A DNA stretch of 64,000 nt from Candidatus Uhrbacteria bacterium (GTDB lineage: Bacteria; Patescibacteriota; Patescibacteriia; JACRJV01), in assembly GCA_016215325.1 (NCBI GenBank), contig JACRJV010000019.1, forward strand, positions 9,959-73,958, given 5' to 3'. Position numbers and translations under genes: made by a program. The notes below the pieces were generated by a model, which did not search any database, was not told the origin of the DNA, and was given only the letters and a program-made list of their open reading frames with translations. Below are positions 1 through 8,594 of this stretch, piece after piece; within the stretch, counting starts at the first letter, position 1, and each line of letters begins with the position of its first letter.

Positions 1-235
1 TTCCAGAACGTCGATCCCGTTCGACTTGTGCGATGTCCTTATCCAAATCCGGAAAATCTTTCATGACTTCAAATGTCTCCTGCCATGATTCAAACTCTTC
101 CGCAGACATCATGACCACTGTTGGTTTTCCTTTCTCAGTAAAAGTATAGTGGGTGCCAGGGATCTGCACCCTTTTAGCAATATCAAAAATCTTCGTTCTC
201 GCCTGGGAGATAGGTAATGTAGTTTTCGTATCCAT
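1..235 (-). CDS. Phd/YefM-family type II antitoxin (partial, C-terminus beyond window edge)
   Basis: Reverse-complement translation from ATG at 233-235 reads MDTKTTLPISQARTKIFDIAKRVQIPGTHYTFTEKGKPTVVMMSAEEFESWQETFEVMKDF..., the typical Phd/YefM N-terminal pattern. Not in the ORF track because it is truncated by the window start. Confidence 0.55.
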   Translation of the reverse strand, partial: MDTKTTLPISQARTKIFDIAKRVQIPGTHYTFTEKGKPTVVMMSAEEFESWQETFEVMKDFPDLDKDIAQVERDRRSG

Positions 236-276
236 AAAATCTTGTATAAATGACTATATGTACATTATAATGTACA

Positions 277-1524
277 TCAATGTATTCTGTCAACACCCAA
301 TACTAAATTCGGATTGACATCGAGTTTCTTCCACGGCGTGAATTGTTTTTTGAGTGCATGGAAGTATCCGGCAATCGCGATCATGACGGCGTTGTCGGTG
401 CAGAACGAAGGTATTGGTAATTGGTAATTAGTAATTGGTAATTCGCGAGCAACAGCCGCCGCGAGTTGCTCACGAAGTTGTTTGTTGGCGGCCACGCCAC
501 CGGCGAGAATGACTGTTTTAATCTTGTATTCTTTTGCCGCGCGTATTGTTTTTGCCACCAGTACATCAACGACAGCTTTTTGGAAACTGGCGCAGATATC
601 CGCAACAACAACAGGAGTTAGCTTGTAGCTTTTAGCTTGTAGCGTCGTCACCCTACCAGCTAATTTCCTAATTTCCAATTCTTTTACCTTGTAGAGCACC
701 GCCGTCTTAATCCCGGAAAAACTAAAATCATAATCATTGCTCTTGATCATCGGGGCGCTGAAAGGGAACACGGTCGGGTCGCCACTTTCTGCAAGACGCG
801 AGACCACCGGCCCTCCCGGATACTCTAACCCCAAAATCTTTGCCACTTTATCAAACGCTTCTCCCACCGCATCATCGCGCGTGGCTCCGATGATTTTATA
901 ACCCAACGGTTTTTTCATGAGCACAAGCTCTGTGTGACCGCCCGAGACGACGAGGGCCAGGGCGGGATAGGGTATGGGGGTTAGGGTATGGGGGTTAGGG
1001 TCGGTTTTCACGCCTAAACCCTGGACCCTGAACCCTATACCCTTTCGCTGCAGCCAGGCTGCAGCGATGTGTCCTTCCATGTGGTTGACCGCCACCAACG
1101 GAATCTTCCATGCCCACGCGAGGGTCCGCGCTGTTTCGACGCCGACCATCAACGAGGTGATCAGCCCTGGGCCATAGGTGACTGCAATGGCATCGATCGG
1201 GGGTTTTGTATTTAGTATTTTGTATTTAGTATTTGTTTCGGATTTCGGATTTCGAATTTCGGATTTTCGCCCTGCTGAGACGAGCGCCTTCTCCACTACC
1301 GGAATAATCTTCTCTACATGCTCCCGCGCTGCCACCTCCGGCACCACCCCACCGGTCTTCCGGTGTGTCGCAATCTGCGAATGCACGACATTGGAAAGAA
1401 TTTTCACGTCAATATTCCCCGACCAAAGGCTCCGTCGAGACGGGGCCTGCGTGGAGGGGCTCGAAAATTCGAGTACCGCCGCAGCCGTCTCATCGCAACT
1501 GGTTTCAATCCCAAGAATTCTCAT
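277..1524 (-). CDS. tsaD: tRNA N6-adenosine threonylcarbamoyltransferase TsaD (Kae1/Gcp), with four in-frame repeat insertions
   Basis: MRILGIETSCDETAAAV..., GGVVPEVAAREH, HMEGH, VVSGGH, AFDKVAKILGLEYPGGP and FCTDNAVMIA motifs. The track ORF starts earlier (1593); the conserved start MRIL is at 1524. The protein is about 75 aa longer than typical TsaD because of four low-complexity insertions. Confidence 0.9.
   Translation of the reverse strand: MRILGIETSCDETAAAVLEFSSPSTQAPSRRSLWSGNIDVKILSNVVHSQIATHRKTGGVVPEVAAREHVEKIIPVVEKALVSAGRKSEIRNPKSETNTKYKILNTKPPIDAIAVTYGPGLITSLMVGVETARTLAWAWKIPLVAVNHMEGHIAAAWLQRKGIGFRVQGLGVKTDPNPHTLTPIPYPALALVVSGGHTELVLMKKPLGYKIIGATRDDAVGEAFDKVAKILGLEYPGGPVVSRLAESGDPTVFPFSAPMIKSNDYDFSFSGIKTAVLYKVKELEIRKLAGRVTTLQAKSYKLTPVVVADICASFQKAVVDVLVAKTIRAAKEYKIKTVILAGGVAANKQLREQLAAAVARELPITNYQLPIPSFCTDNAVMIAIAGYFHALKKQFTPWKKLDVNPNLVLGVDRIH
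410..447. repeat. Tandem repeat GGTAATT(A/G)GTAATTGG inside tsaD (encodes ...LPITNYQLPIP...)
   Basis: The string ggtattggtaattggtaattagtaattggtaattcg is visible; it is an in-frame insertion relative to the conserved TsaD C-terminal FCTDN region. Confidence 0.6.
618..690. repeat. Tandem repeat AGCTTGTAGC / TAATTTCC inside tsaD (encodes ...LQAKSYKLTPVV...)
   Basis: gttagcttgtagcttttagcttgtagcg followed by taatttcctaatttccaatt. The coding frame is maintained. Confidence 0.55.
964..1043. repeat. Palindromic repeat (GGGTATGGGGGTTAGGGT x2 ... CTAAACCCTGGACCCTGAACCCTATACCC) inside tsaD
   Basis: Two GT-rich direct copies are followed by their approximate reverse complement. It translates in frame as GIGFRVQGLGVKTDPNPHTLTPIPYP, inserted between the HMEGH and VVSGGH motifs. 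Confidence 0.65.
1203..1268. repeat. Tandem repeat GTATTTAGTATTT / TTCGGATTTCGG inside tsaD
   Basis: gttttgtatttagtattttgtatttagtatttgtttcggatttcggatttcgaatttcggatttt. It translates in frame as ...SEIRNPKSETNTKYKILNTKPP... between conserved TsaD segments. Confidence 0.65.
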
Positions 1525-1528
1525 ACCA

Positions 1529-2347
1529 TTACCGTAAAAGAACATCTTTCTTCCTTTTGTTCGTAAAATCAACAACTGTTTCCCGCTGCTCATCTCCCAT
1601 CATCTCCCACATCACCTCAAAGATTGACTTGAAAATGTCGACCATGGCCGGGACCGCCACGACCACGGCTAACGAACTCAGGTGCGGGCTCACGATGAGA
1701 ATTTGATCCGGATAAATATCAATCGTGCTTTTAAAAGTATACTTGGCGGGGAGGTATCGTACATCGCGCAATAGTTTAGGATCGGCCGGATTGTCCGTAC
1801 GCGAATCAGCGGTGAGGAGCAACCGTGTTTTAATGTTTGTCCGCCCGCGCTCCACGCGAAACCGCTTGAAAAATGCCGGATCAATATCTTCCCAGCCATG
1901 CAACGAACCAATAATGCAGTATTTTTTATTCTTGTACCGCATCAGAAGACTGGTATAGAACGCTTCTAATTCTTCTTTTGTTTCGATGAACCGTAACCCC
2001 AACTGCTGGTCTTGTTTCCTTCCCAACGACTCAAGCGTTGGGATAATATTAGTAAACAACTCTAATTTTTTCTCAAAATACTGCGCCAACCGCTGCGGCT
2101 TTTCGGCGTAGTAATAGCGCTTGTTCTTACGAAAATATACCGAAACAAAACCCTTGTCTGATAAGGTCTTGAGGATAGCGTAAATTGTCGTGCGCTTCAA
2201 ACCAGCCTCTTTGGCAACCGTGCTGGCAAGCGACCCACCGATTTTAAGTAATGCTAAATAAACACTCACTTCCGGCTCTGAAAGGCCGAGGTTTTTGAGG
2301 ATTGCAATGTTTTCCATAGTGTCTAAATTGTACAACACTTTATTCAT
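1529..2347 (-). CDS. TrmB-family HTH transcriptional regulator
   Basis: N-terminal ...LKNLGLSEPEVSVYLALLKIGGSLASTVAKEAGLKRTTIYAILKTLSDKGFV (TrmB-type wHTH). Start probably at the internal MENIAIL (2317). Confidence 0.7.
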   Translation of the reverse strand: MNKVLYNLDTMENIAILKNLGLSEPEVSVYLALLKIGGSLASTVAKEAGLKRTTIYAILKTLSDKGFVSVYFRKNKRYYYAEKPQRLAQYFEKKLELFTNIIPTLESLGRKQDQQLGLRFIETKEELEAFYTSLLMRYKNKKYCIIGSLHGWEDIDPAFFKRFRVERGRTNIKTRLLLTADSRTDNPADPKLLRDVRYLPAKYTFKSTIDIYPDQILIVSPHLSSLAVVVAVPAMVDIFKSIFEVMWEMMGDEQRETVVDFTNKRKKDVLLR

Positions 2348-2351
2348 AATG

Positions 2352-2366
2352 TCAATATTATATTGA
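2352..2366. promoter_or_regulatory. Palindromic candidate operator TCAATATTATATTGA in the divergent trmB-like promoter region
   Basis: Perfect 7+1+7 inverted repeat. A near-identical TCAATATATATTGA lies upstream of the TrmB paralog at 42499. Confidence 0.4.
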
Positions 2367-2499
2367 TTCTGTTTGATATTTCACTATTTATCCGTCATCA
2401 ATTGTAGACTGATATTCTCAACTTTGCTATGCTCCCCTGTTCAGATGAACAACCGATTCAGCTGGACGGACAGGACTTTGACAGGAGGCTTACCCATCC

Positions 2500-3027
2500 A
2501 TGGACAGCATCAACCGATTCATCTTCTTCACCCTGGCAACGTTGATGAATGACTGCGAGGAGAAATGGGGCAAGATATTCGGAGAAAGGTTCGCGTGCGC
2601 AAAAGAATATTTCCGAGACACAACCAATGGCAAAGTGTCCACCCGCCTCTACTTTAACGAGAGCGACGATGCCTTTTACGATGGGAATGTGCTGGAGTTG
2701 CTTCCGTTCTTACAGCATTACTCCCTCCTCATTGCCGAAGACTTGCGGCATTGGGAAAGCATTCACGCTACCGTTTACATCCATCTGGGGTGCGATGGAG
2801 AAGCGTGGGGACGAACTCTCTTGGAGGCAACGCTGCAAGCAATCCTTACCATCCAACTTCTACCAAGACCTGACGCGATCACGGTCTGGAGTTGCCGGTG
2901 CATCCACCAGTTCGTCCGCACTATGTTGCCGCATTCCTATCACAAGATCTGGCCATGTGGGGAAAATGGCTGCGATAAATTTCTGGAGACTGTGGTCAAG
3001 ATCAGCCAGTCTGGTGATACGTTCTAA
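2500..3027 (+). CDS. hypothetical protein
   Basis: 175-aa ORF with plausible composition and no recognisable motif. Immediately upstream of a receiver-domain gene. Confidence 0.4.
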   Translation: MDSINRFIFFTLATLMNDCEEKWGKIFGERFACAKEYFRDTTNGKVSTRLYFNESDDAFYDGNVLELLPFLQHYSLLIAEDLRHWESIHATVYIHLGCDGEAWGRTLLEATLQAILTIQLLPRPDAITVWSCRCIHQFVRTMLPHSYHKIWPCGENGCDKFLETVVKISQSGDTF

Positions 3028-3043
3028 GTAAAAGGGAGTAGCG

Positions 3044-3418
3044 ATGCTTAAGAGTAAAGTTCTTATCGTGGAGGATGATCCGGGTTTTATACGGAAGTAC
3101 CAGCACGAACTGGCTGATGTTGCCGGCCAGGCACAATTCATCTACGCCAGCGATACGCGACAAGCCGAGGCGCTCTTCCGAGCAAATCCCGATATCGTCC
3201 TCATCACCATGGACGCTGCACTGGAAACCGGAAGCCCCCAAGATGGAGTCGAGCTTACGAAAAGATTCCGGTGCGTATTCCCGGGGCCGATCATCGCCGC
3301 GGCGGCAACGCTCAACAACAAACACCTTGTAAAGGCGGGGTGCGACCACTGCTGCGAAAAGTACGAACTCGCACAGAAGGTGCGGGATCTGCTCCAGCGG
3401 CGATCGATGCAGCGCTGA
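3044..3418 (+). CDS. single-domain response regulator (CheY-like receiver)
   Basis: KVLIVEDDPGF..., conserved Asp pocket (VLITMDA) and Lys near the C-terminus. No kinase is adjacent. Confidence 0.75.
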   Translation: MLKSKVLIVEDDPGFIRKYQHELADVAGQAQFIYASDTRQAEALFRANPDIVLITMDAALETGSPQDGVELTKRFRCVFPGPIIAAAATLNNKHLVKAGCDHCCEKYELAQKVRDLLQRRSMQR

Positions 3419-3627
3419 CAGCGCGAAACACTCGGCGGACGCGATTCGGGCCCTCACAAGCCCCGCGCGTTCGCCTCTTTCCTTTTTTCAACACCTCACT
3501 TCCCCCCGTCTTTGTGCTAACGTATTAATACGATAGTACAAAGGATCTTGTTTGACCTACCAAACAATTTCGCGTACGCTGTACATACGAAGAGAATCCC
3601 TTTGAGGATCTCGAAGCATATGCGAAT

Positions 3628-4140
3628 ATGTCGAAAAAAATCGTTCTTGTGCTATTGGTTGTGGGGTTTATTGGTCTTGGATACTACTTAATCTCTCCAG
3701 TATTTCGTGTCGTTGAAACAAACGAAGCATCTCCGCTAGCGCAGACGCCTCCGACAACGACCTCTCAACCGCCCACACCACAACCGCAAGACACAACAAC
3801 GCAAACGCAAGCCATCGTACAACCATCGGTTGTTGCCCGTGGCACCTTCCTGCCCCATGCGCATGCCGTAAACGGCACCGCGATGGTGATCCAAGACAAG
3901 CAAAAAACAACCCTTCGCTTCGAAAATTTTGATACCGTTAATGGTCCAGACCTCCGCATCTACCTGGCAACCGACCTGCGAGCAAAGGATATTGTCGACC
4001 TCGGCCCCATCAAAGCTACCAAAGGGAATGTAAACTATGCGCTCGACCGAAATATCGATATTTTGAAATATCGATATGTGTTAGTGTGGTGCCGTGCATT
4101 TAGTGTCCTGTTTAGTTCGGCTGAACTCCAGACATTATGA
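3628..4140 (+). CDS. DM13-domain protein, membrane-anchored
   Basis: N-terminal TM helix, Pro/Thr/Gln-rich linker, then GTFLPHAHAVNGTAMVIQD...LRFENFDTVNGPDLRIYLA, the characteristic DM13 pattern. Confidence 0.6.
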   Translation: MSKKIVLVLLVVGFIGLGYYLISPVFRVVETNEASPLAQTPPTTTSQPPTPQPQDTTTQTQAIVQPSVVARGTFLPHAHAVNGTAMVIQDKQKTTLRFENFDTVNGPDLRIYLATDLRAKDIVDLGPIKATKGNVNYALDRNIDILKYRYVLVWCRAFSVLFSSAELQTL

Positions 4141-4712
4141 AGCTGTTTATTGTCCGCCATGGCGAAACCGAAGAAAATCGCAACGGCATCCTCCAGGGCC
4201 AAGGGATGGGGACGCTTTCGGCGTTGGGTCTAGAACAAATCCGCAAACTCGCTGGGCGGTTTGCCCAGGAACGGTTCGATGCCATCTACAGTAGTGATAT
4301 TACCCGGGCGCGCAAAACAGCCGAAGAAATCGCAAAACATCATCCGAATACACCGCTCACGATCACACGGCAACTGCGCGAAGTGAACATCGGCGCATTC
4401 AGCGGCAAACACAAAGACAGTGTCGATTGGAATAACTTGCCTCCAGACTTTGAGCATGATCATCAACTCGTGGATCGAGCGTCACAATTTATCCAGTCGC
4501 TCATGCCTCAACACTTTGGGCAGAGTATATTGTGCGTTGCACATGGCCGGATCAATGCAGCGCTGTTATCGGTATTGCTCGAAAAACCGCATTCGTGGAT
4601 CGATGAAATCGAAAACCTTGGGAATACCTCGGTCAATGTACTCGAGCGCGAACATACCGGCGCCTGGAGGATGGATCTCTTTAATGATACTGGACATCTC
4701 AACGACCTGTGA
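4137..4712 (+). CDS. histidine phosphatase family protein (phosphoglycerate-mutase-like)
   Basis: LFIVRHGETEENRNGILQG (RHG catalytic motif) and SSDITRARKTAEEI. Confidence 0.8.
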   Translation: MKLFIVRHGETEENRNGILQGQGMGTLSALGLEQIRKLAGRFAQERFDAIYSSDITRARKTAEEIAKHHPNTPLTITRQLREVNIGAFSGKHKDSVDWNNLPPDFEHDHQLVDRASQFIQSLMPQHFGQSILCVAHGRINAALLSVLLEKPHSWIDEIENLGNTSVNVLEREHTGAWRMDLFNDTGHLNDL

Positions 4713-5470
4713 GCTTCACATCCATCGCGATCACTGTCGTACTACTGTCCTCGATGCCAGTTTTAACGCATGCACAATCTGCCTCGATCGATACGGATGG
4801 CGACGGCCTGAGCGACGAACAAGAAACGACCTTGTACCGTACCGCAACCCACAACCCCGATACGGACGGGGATGGGTACAGCGATGGTCAAGAAATTAAA
4901 AACGGCTACAGCCCGCTGATGCCAGGCCCTCAGTCGAAGCTCTCCACCAGCGATACGGATTGGGATGGACTCTCCGATGGACTGGAATACAAATTTAAAA
5001 CAGATCCCACGAACCCTGACACCGACGGGGATGGATATTCTGATGGAGCAGAAATCCGCAATGGCTACGACCCGACCGACAAAACAGATCGCGATAAAAA
5101 ACTTGCCAAGCAAATCGAAATCAATCTCAAGGGGCAGCGCATGAAAAAAATTCTCGGCGGTGTGGTATTGGCCGAGTATCCCATCTCCACCGGCAAATGG
5201 AAAACGCCAACGCCCAAAGGCACCTTCAAAATTCTCAACAAAACCCCGCGCGCATGGAGCAAAACGTACGGGCTGTATATGCCCTGGTGGATGGCGTTCA
5301 CCCGGCAAGGTCATGGGATTCATGAACTGCCCGAATGGCCCAACGGGTACAAAGAGGGGACAAACCACCTCGGCACTCCGGTATCGCATGGCTGTGTACG
5401 GCTCGGCATTGGACCGGCTAAAGATATGTACGATTGGGCGCCGGTGGGCACACCAGTGGTGGTGCGCTAA
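4709..5470 (+). CDS. L,D-transpeptidase (YkuD domain) with N-terminal thrombospondin-type-3-like DxDxDG calcium-binding repeats
   Basis: Signal peptide, repeated DTDGDG(L/Y)SD motifs, and C-terminal GTPVSHGCVRL (catalytic His/Cys of L,D-transpeptidases). Confidence 0.8.
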   Translation: MSFTSIAITVVLLSSMPVLTHAQSASIDTDGDGLSDEQETTLYRTATHNPDTDGDGYSDGQEIKNGYSPLMPGPQSKLSTSDTDWDGLSDGLEYKFKTDPTNPDTDGDGYSDGAEIRNGYDPTDKTDRDKKLAKQIEINLKGQRMKKILGGVVLAEYPISTGKWKTPTPKGTFKILNKTPRAWSKTYGLYMPWWMAFTRQGHGIHELPEWPNGYKEGTNHLGTPVSHGCVRLGIGPAKDMYDWAPVGTPVVVR

Positions 5471-6090
5471 ACCTGCACGATTTTCGCAGCCTTGCGTTCG
5501 ATCGGCTCTACGCGACGCAGCATCGCGATCATCGAACGCGACAGAATCTTCTGATGCGGTGAGTGGTCAAGCGCGTCAGAAATATCCCAAAGGTCATCCT
5601 CGGAAACGATCCAATCTTGTTGTTGAATGTACCGAAGATCAAACGCTTCTGAAAACGCACGCATTGTTTTCTTGCCACTGGGCAGATGATACTCGTGGAA
5701 ATAACTCATGGCTAGTTCCCGGACACTTGCGTATACCGGATCGCGATATCGTAACACCGCATGTGTTGTCTTACTGATCGCGCCCCAGTATCGGCCGCGG
5801 CGGAATAACGCAACGACATGCTCATCATCGTCAGTGGTTGTTTTAAGATCCAACAGCAACGGCGGCCGACCATGGTACCACAACGCTGCGGCGGCGAACA
5901 ACGCGCCTTCCAAACAATGCGCGACGCGATCGCGAATAACCCGCCGCGGACTCCGGCAGGTTTCGCCCTCCTTCTCATAGTTAAAGGGGGTACGATTAAG
6001 AGCATCCTGGATCCGAGATGGCGAGGCCAGTCGCAGAAATAACCGATGCTCTCCCGCATTGAGAGACTGATACGGAAACATATATCCCAT
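5467..6090 (-). CDS. hypothetical protein (possible Cys/His hydrolase or acetyltransferase-like fold)
   Basis: 207-aa ORF containing TCRSP...AHC...DDDEH. It resembles the Cys-His-Asp arrangement of NAT/transglutaminase-like folds but is not diagnostic. Confidence 0.35.
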   Translation of the reverse strand: MGYMFPYQSLNAGEHRLFLRLASPSRIQDALNRTPFNYEKEGETCRSPRRVIRDRVAHCLEGALFAAAALWYHGRPPLLLDLKTTTDDDEHVVALFRRGRYWGAISKTTHAVLRYRDPVYASVRELAMSYFHEYHLPSGKKTMRAFSEAFDLRYIQQQDWIVSEDDLWDISDALDHSPHQKILSRSMIAMLRRVEPIERKAAKIVQV

Positions 6091-6167
6091 TGTATCGCAT
6101 TGCCCAGAATATCGACAATTGACCCGATGCCAGTATTTCGATAGTATTAGAATGCTTTTTGCATGTT

Positions 6168-6242
6168 GCCGCCATCGTCTAGTGGTTAGGACATCAGGTT
6201 TTCATCCTGGCAACCGGGGTTCGATTCCCCGTGGCGGTACCA
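6168..6242 (+). tRNA. tRNA-Glu (anticodon TTC)
   Basis: Cloverleaf read by hand: acceptor GCCGCCA/TGGCGGT, D-arm GTCTAGTGGTTAGGAC, anticodon stem TCAGG/CCTGG with loop TTTTCAT, T-arm CGGGGTTCGATTCCCCG, encoded CCA. Confidence 0.9.
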
Positions 6243-6274
6243 TCCTTCGCTCAAGCTTCGGATGGCAGGTCACC

Positions 6275-6296
6275 AAACCGGCTCAATGCCGGTTTC
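6275..6296 (+). terminator. rho-independent terminator after tRNA-Glu
   Basis: ccggctcaatgccgg hairpin followed by TTT. Confidence 0.5.
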
Positions 6297-6311
6297 AATA
6301 TATCTTAATAT

Positions 6312-7232
6312 ATGAACGCTGAATTCTCCCTATTCATCCTCTTTGCCGTAACGGTGATTGGATTCTTAATAGCCGATCTTGGTTATTTTAACCGGAGATC
6401 ACACACTATTTCACCCCAATCGGCGCTTACCCAATCGTTATTCTGGATCGCAGTTTCGTTTGCCTTTGGCTTCCTGGTGTTCTTGTTTTTGGGACGCGAT
6501 TCTGCCGCAGAGTTCATGAGCGCGTATGTCACAGAGAAAATGTTGTCCGTTGATAATCTTTTCGTCATCTTGCTGATCTTCAGCTTCTTTAAAATCGAAC
6601 CCCAATATCACCACCGTATACTCTTTTGGGGGATCTTAGGCGCGATCGTTTTTCGAGCCATATTCATTACCGCCGGGGCCTATATCGTGAGTCAATTCCA
6701 CTGGGTGCTCTATATCTTCGGCCTCATCCTCATCTATACAGGGATCAAACTGCTCGTTGAAAAAAAGGAGGAGCACGCCAATTTTCATAACAATCCCCTC
6801 CTGCGATTCGTTCGCCGATATCTGCCGTTCACATCAAGTCCACATGGGGGTAAATTCTTTGCGCGAGAACATGGGAAGTTGTACGCCACAACACTCATGA
6901 TGGTGCTGATCATCATTGAAGCGACAGATATTGTCTTTGCCGTGGACTCCATCCCCGCTGCGTTTTCGATCTCTCGCGATCCGTTTGTGATTTATACCTC
7001 AAACGTTTTTGCTATTTTGGGATTGCGGGCATTATTCTTCCTCATCGAAAGCGTGGTCAATCGCTTCCACCATCTCCAAAAGGGGCTTTCGTTCGTTCTC
7101 ATCTTCATTGGGCTCAAAATGCTGGCGGACCTGGTCGATATCCATATTTCCTCACTTGTTTCGTTTGCAGTGATCATGGCCGCCTTCGGCGCAACGATCC
7201 TCCTATCCATATTGTTCCCTAAAAAAATTTAA
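6312..7232 (+). CDS. TerC-family integral membrane protein
   Basis: Multiple TM helices and the signature ...KMLSVDNLFVILLIF... Confidence 0.8.
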   Translation: MNAEFSLFILFAVTVIGFLIADLGYFNRRSHTISPQSALTQSLFWIAVSFAFGFLVFLFLGRDSAAEFMSAYVTEKMLSVDNLFVILLIFSFFKIEPQYHHRILFWGILGAIVFRAIFITAGAYIVSQFHWVLYIFGLILIYTGIKLLVEKKEEHANFHNNPLLRFVRRYLPFTSSPHGGKFFAREHGKLYATTLMMVLIIIEATDIVFAVDSIPAAFSISRDPFVIYTSNVFAILGLRALFFLIESVVNRFHHLQKGLSFVLIFIGLKMLADLVDIHISSLVSFAVIMAAFGATILLSILFPKKI

Positions 7233-7272
7233 GGTATACTGATCTCACATTTTATATTTTCACTTTCACAAT

Positions 7273-8106
7273 ATGAATGATCTTCCCATCCCCACCAACG
7301 ACCAACCCATGTTTTCCACACCCACACAACCCGCGCGAGGGTTTTTTGATGCGATCCCCGCAAAGACGGCGTACTGGATGGGGATTGGCACAGGGCTGGC
7401 AATCACTTTTACTGTGGGATTCTTCCTCCTATTGGGCATGTACGCTAAAGGAGTAGAATTCCCACGGAAAACGGCGAATGGCGCAGGGGCGAACACGAAC
7501 CAGCCAGCGCCGAGCAATCCAACGGATACCGATCCCTCTGCGCAACAACCAACCGCCATTCAAGTTGCCCCGGTGAGCGATTCCGATCATATTCGTGGTG
7601 ATAAGAACGCCCAAGTCACCATTATCGAATTTTCGGATACAGAATGCCCCTTTTGCAAACGATTTCATGTGACCATGAAACAACTGCAGGAGGCGTACGG
7701 CGGAAAGGTAAGTTGGGTCTATCGCCACTTCCCGCTGGATTCCCTGCACCGCAAGGCTCACGACGAAGCGCATGCAACAGAATGCGCAGCAGCACAAGGG
7801 GGCAATGACGCATTCTGGAAATATATTGATCGTCTCTTCGAAATTACCCCCTCCAATGATGGGCTTGATCCCGCAGAACTTCCAAAAATCGCCCAGCAGA
7901 TTGGGTTGGACGTAAAGAAGTTTAATGAGTGTCAAACGGCCAAGACATACGCTGGGAAAATCCAAGAACAAGAAAACCAGGGTGTTGCAGCGGGCGCACA
8001 GGGCACGCCTTACTCGGTGATCGTTTCGGGCGATCAAAAAATCCCCATCAATGGAGCTCTCCCCTTTGATCAGATCAAACCCGTCCTGGACTCACTCCTA
8101 AAGTAG
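7273..8106 (+). CDS. DsbA-family thiol:disulfide oxidoreductase (thioredoxin fold)
   Basis: N-terminal TM helix; IIEFSDTECPFCKRFH (CPFC active site). Confidence 0.8.
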   Translation: MNDLPIPTNDQPMFSTPTQPARGFFDAIPAKTAYWMGIGTGLAITFTVGFFLLLGMYAKGVEFPRKTANGAGANTNQPAPSNPTDTDPSAQQPTAIQVAPVSDSDHIRGDKNAQVTIIEFSDTECPFCKRFHVTMKQLQEAYGGKVSWVYRHFPLDSLHRKAHDEAHATECAAAQGGNDAFWKYIDRLFEITPSNDGLDPAELPKIAQQIGLDVKKFNECQTAKTYAGKIQEQENQGVAAGAQGTPYSVIVSGDQKIPINGALPFDQIKPVLDSLLK

Positions 8107-8114
8107 GATCTGCG

Positions 8115-8147
8115 CCTCCCCTCCGGTAAACCCCGGAGGGGTTTTGT
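8115..8147 (+). terminator. rho-independent terminator downstream of the dsbA-like gene
   Basis: cccctccggtaaaccccggagggg hairpin followed by ttttgtat. Confidence 0.6.
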
Positions 8148-8172
8148 ATATAAGCAAACAGGCGTTGCAAAT

Positions 8173-8589
8173 GTGCCTCCGCTGCGGTATTGTGATGGGA
8201 CTATGCAGCGCCTGGAAAATGCCATTGTACGCCCAATACTCTCCGGTATTGCGATGGGCCTTATTGTCGGATTCGTGCTCATGATTCGAATACCAGTTCC
8301 GACGCCCCAGACGCTTCCAGCAACATCAGTGGTCAGCCGAGCGCAAGCAGCAGGGCGTCTCCAAGCCGCAGAAGCGATCGTGCCACTTGTCCAACGATTG
8401 CGAACAAAATGGGATGGATCGGACGAAGAGGCGGACAAAATAATCCAGGATGCTCAGCAACTCCTGCAACGGGCGCGAGACGCGTTTACACGTTCCGATT
8501 ACGACACAGTGTTTTCCGATGCAACGGCGAGCATTATCCAAGCAGAACACGCTCGTCTGCGCCTTGAACAATTACAACTCGATGAATAA
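8173..8589 (+). CDS. hypothetical membrane-anchored coiled-coil protein
   Basis: One TM helix (ILSGIAMGLIVGFVLMI), then a charged helical region. Probable start at MQRLEN (about 8203). Confidence 0.4.
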   Translation: MPPLRYCDGTMQRLENAIVRPILSGIAMGLIVGFVLMIRIPVPTPQTLPATSVVSRAQAAGRLQAAEAIVPLVQRLRTKWDGSDEEADKIIQDAQQLLQRARDAFTRSDYDTVFSDATASIIQAEHARLRLEQLQLDE

Positions 8590-8594
8590 GTGTT

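Noticed and set aside
964-1043. Inteins or introns as an explanation for the extra segments in tsaD, uvrB and uvrA
   Set aside because: The inserts are only 9-33 codons, lack intein splicing motifs (no C/S/T...HN junctions) and are far too short for group I/II introns. DNA-level identity to intergenic repeats favours repeat-element insertion.
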